Shown here piece by piece: positions 24,729 to 32,000 of a stretch of 32,000 bases of DNA. The translations under genes were made by a program, and so were the position numbers. Below the pieces are notes generated by a model. It did no database searches, was not told the origin of the DNA, and was given only the letters and a program-made list of their open reading frames with translations. The number at the start of each line of letters is the position of its first letter. Positions within the stretch are counted from its first letter, which is position 1. This stretch comes from Aliivibrio fischeri ES114 (GTDB lineage Bacteria; Pseudomonadota; Gammaproteobacteria; Enterobacterales; Vibrionaceae), in the NCBI RefSeq assembly GCF_000011805.1, contig NC_006841.2. One strand, 5' to 3'.

Positions 24729-28312
<3,584 letters not shown>

Positions 28313-28366
28313 TTATAAATAGGTAAATATAAATCGTAGTAAATAACTCTCTGGTAAAAGATATTA

Positions 28367-28380
28367 ACTAAAGTTTTAGT
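28367..28380. promoter_or_regulatory. Candidate EbgR operator upstream of ebgA
   Basis: ACTAAAGTTTTAGT, 6-bp inverted arms around GT, 84 bp upstream of the ebgA start. Confidence 0.6.
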
Positions 28381-28573
28381 AAAACAAATCGGTAAATTCT
28401 TTTACTTTTAACTTGGTCACATAATGAACTGAGCTTTGTGAGCGTGGTAACGTTAATCAAGTGTATTGATACAATTCATTAACTTAAATGGCTGCTTTTG
28501 GATGATATAAGAACAAAGTGATGAATATGTGTTCGAAAAGGATAGAAGGAGTAAAGGGGGGGAGTTATTAATA

Positions 28574-28602
28574 TAAAAAAAGCAACGCCATAAACGTTGC
28601 TT
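28574..28602 (-). terminator. Terminator of ebgR
   Basis: AAGCAACG (28580-28587) / CGTTGCTT (28595-28602); minus strand ends in TTTTTTTATA. Confidence 0.85.
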
Positions 28603-28631
28603 AATGTAGGTAGTAAACTTATTGGAATATT

Positions 28632-29627
<996 letters not shown>

Positions 29628-29707
29628 TCATCCTCCAGCCTTTAATTTTATAATATTGCTCCATGTTACTTAATAAATGATGATTTTGATACTTAAAAAT
29701 GGCTTTT

Positions 29708-29721
29708 ACTAAAGTTTTACT
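29708..29721. promoter_or_regulatory. Candidate EbgR autoregulatory operator
   Basis: ACTAAAGTTTTACT, 13/14 identical to the ebgA site and to the ygjK site, 80 bp upstream of ebgR. Confidence 0.6.
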
Positions 29722-29728
29722 GTGGTTG

Positions 29729-30508
29729 CTATTGAGATTTTTGATATAGGAAGCCAATAGGGGCAATAGCTTGATTAAATAGACGTTTTTTTTGAGCTAA
29801 AAAAAGCTCAGCAGTTGAAATAGCATCGACTAAAGCGTGATGAGCGGGGTAGTCAGGTAGCTTATATTGACGTCTAAGGGAGAATAAACGGAAATCTCTT
29901 TGATAACGGTTTTGTTGAATTGTATTTTGTTCAATTCTAAGCGTATCTAGCCAAATTATAGGTAAATTTGGCAATTGTAGAGAAAGGATAAATTGCTCTA
30001 AAAACCGCTGCTCAATAGTTGCTCCATGAACAACAAGAATATTGCTAGGTAAATTTGAAAAGAAACATTCCATTGCCTCTTCGAGTGAAATCCCCATTTT
30101 TTGTTGCTCAGGTAAAATGTGATGCAATGAGCGTGCGATATGCTCTCTTTCTTCATGTCCATCCTCTGCACTTATTGAGGTTGGTTCATTGATGATATGG
30201 TGCTGGGCACTGCTGAGTTTGATTACGCCATCAATAATGTGAACCCAACCAACGCTCACGATATGATCGGTTTTCGGATTTAACCCTGAGGTTTCAAAAT
30301 CCACAACGGTGAACGCCATATCATTACTGTTTTCTTTCGGGCTTGGATAAGATGATTTAAGAAAACAGACTAAATAATCAGGTAGCGTTAAATTTTGTTC
30401 AATTAATGCTTGTCTCTGCTCTTCTAAACGGTGCAATGGATGGCGATTAGAGAATAGATCCATCATATGAGTGATGATATTTTTGTTCTTTAATGATTTA
30501 TCAGGCAT
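29729..30508 (-). CDS. DnaQ-like 3'-5' exonuclease domain protein
   Basis: AFTVVDFETSGLNPKTDHIVSVGWV (Exo I), VVHGATIEQRFLEQF (Exo II region), YPAHHALVDAISTAELFL (Exo III, HxxxxxD). Confidence 0.88.
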   Translation of the reverse strand: MPDKSLKNKNIITHMMDLFSNRHPLHRLEEQRQALIEQNLTLPDYLVCFLKSSYPSPKENSNDMAFTVVDFETSGLNPKTDHIVSVGWVHIIDGVIKLSSAQHHIINEPTSISAEDGHEEREHIARSLHHILPEQQKMGISLEEAMECFFSNLPSNILVVHGATIEQRFLEQFILSLQLPNLPIIWLDTLRIEQNTIQQNRYQRDFRLFSLRRQYKLPDYPAHHALVDAISTAELFLAQKKRLFNQAIAPIGFLYQKSQ

Positions 30509-30511
30509 GTA

Positions 30512-32000
30512 CTAGACACCAAATTTCATTTTCATTAATTCTTGAAAGTTTGAAACGATACGAAATGCATCTTTTAAATGCTGACGTTCAAAACTACCAA
30601 ATAAATCAGGCTGTAGTTGACTATCAATGGGTGTGTCATTTTGAATCGCTTTTAATTGGTGTTGGAAACGCAAGCGATTTGCATAATGATAAGTTTCATT
30701 GAGATCTTGATATGTTGAATCGTTAAGAACCCCGACTTGGTGTAAGAATTCCATGCGCTCTGTAGTATTTAATGCAGTACTTTCTTGTAGTAGTGAATAA
30801 ATACGGATGAAATCAACCATACAAGAAATTGCGGCTTTTTTGATATTTAACACTTTATTATTGTTACCATCTTTTTCTAATACCAAATGCTTAAAGATGC
30901 CTAGTGGGGGGCGAGTTCTTAATGCATTACGTACAAGAGCAACGGTTAACTGCATATTATTGCTTACCAATTCATGGCGGCAGGAATCAACAGAGTCAAA
31001 GAGTGCTTCATCCCCATAAATTGGACGAATTTCTAAAAATACATTCAGATTAAGCAATAACTCGTATTCAGGGTTATTACTCCATTTACGGTAATATTCT
31101 TGCCAAATCTCAGCTTTTTGGCACCATTTCGGTGTAGCTGCCATAAAGCGACCTTTACATAAGGTGTAATCTAATTCTGAGAGTGCTTTACATACGTACA
31201 TCGAGAAATGATTAAAATAGATTCTGTCTGATTCTGTCGCGTCGTCAGCAAGGATAATGGCATTATCTTGATCTGATGCTAAATGAACTTCATTTCGAGC
31301 ATGAGAGCCCGCGACTATCCATGTAAATTTACAAGGTGGCTGACCGAATTGTTCAATGGCAAGTTCGATTAACCGGTACGTAAATGCATCATAAATCATA
31401 CTCAGTACTTGCCCAATAATACTTGGCGATGAATTGCTTTCCATCATCCCCTGAAACACAGCACTTCGTTGTTTGGATAAATCAATTAACGTCGAGATGG
31501 AATCAGCGTGACGAATTTTATCTAGTAAGAAAATAGATTGAACACTGTCATTTTGAATTAAATGTTGTGGGGTGATAAAGCCTGTTACCTGTTTTTGATG
31601 ATTAAGCACCGGAATATTTTGAATATTATGCTTCATCATCAATTGAACAGCCGACATCACTAAATCATCTTCATACACGGTATGAATTTCTTGGGTCATG
31701 ATAGAAGAGATAGGGTCATGAACATTTTTTGCTTGAGCAACCACACGTTTCGTCATGTCCTTATCGGTGATCATTCCAATTAGATGTTTATTTTCATCAA
31801 CAATAAAAGCACATGAAACGCCAACCACATTGCGCATTTGATGAGCTACAGCTTGAATCGTATCGGTAGGGGAGGCAATCGCTATGGTTGAATCCGCAAT
31901 ATCACTGTTAGGACGAAGGTAGTTTTGATGCGCATGCTGTTGGTTGTCTTGTTTACTATCTTGCGCTCGCAAACGCGTTTTTAAACTTAAAGCAAGAGAT
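30512..32000 (-). CDS. CBS-pair plus DUF294 nucleotidyltransferase-like protein (5'-truncated by window end)
   Basis: CBS pair (IASPTDTIQAVAHQMRNV..., IMTQEIHTVYEDDLVMSAVQLMMKHNIQNIPVL); NT motif VAGSHARNEVHLASDQDNAIILAD. The frame remains open from 31972 to the window edge. Confidence 0.88.
   Translation of the reverse strand, partial: SLALSLKTRLRAQDSKQDNQQHAHQNYLRPNSDIADSTIAIASPTDTIQAVAHQMRNVVGVSCAFIVDENKHLIGMITDKDMTKRVVAQAKNVHDPISSIMTQEIHTVYEDDLVMSAVQLMMKHNIQNIPVLNHQKQVTGFITPQHLIQNDSVQSIFLLDKIRHADSISTLIDLSKQRSAVFQGMMESNSSPSIIGQVLSMIYDAFTYRLIELAIEQFGQPPCKFTWIVAGSHARNEVHLASDQDNAIILADDATESDRIYFNHFSMYVCKALSELDYTLCKGRFMAATPKWCQKAEIWQEYYRKWSNNPEYELLLNLNVFLEIRPIYGDEALFDSVDSCRHELVSNNMQLTVALVRNALRTRPPLGIFKHLVLEKDGNNNKVLNIKKAAISCMVDFIRIYSLLQESTALNTTERMEFLHQVGVLNDSTYQDLNETYHYANRLRFQHQLKAIQNDTPIDSQLQPDLFGSFERQHLKDAFRIVSNFQELMKMKFGV

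Overview
This window is from a Vibrionaceae-like genome, probably Aliivibrio (inference from gene content and codon usage, not verified). It has no rRNA, tRNA, CRISPR or recognisable transposon. Left part: the 3' end of a methyl-accepting chemotaxis gene, a DUF457/YdjM-like membrane protein, an untracked 56-aa small ORF, an OmpA-family lipoprotein, then a tightly spaced five-gene minus-strand cluster. That cluster encodes an exported S9A prolyl oligopeptidase, a heme-receptor-like TonB-dependent receptor, a HExxH/P-domain protease with a GlyGly-CTERM-like tail, and two DUF1566 proteins, and it is preceded by a Fur-box-like site. Middle: ohrR/ohr with paired operator-like repeats, and a DoxX protein. 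Right part: a minus-strand ebgR-ebgA-ebgC-ygjI-ygjJ-ygjK carbohydrate locus in the gene order known from E. coli. Here it is interrupted by an oppositely oriented three-gene c-di-GMP module (two tandem GGDEF cyclases and a CSS-motif EAL phosphodiesterase), with a ygjI-type transporter paralog on each side. A shared palindrome A[C/G]TAAAGTTTTA[C/G]T recurs upstream of ebgR, ebgA and ygjK, and a long related inverted repeat lies upstream of the second ygjI. It is a candidate EbgR operator. The window ends with a DnaQ-like exonuclease and a truncated CBS/DUF294 nucleotidyltransferase-like gene.
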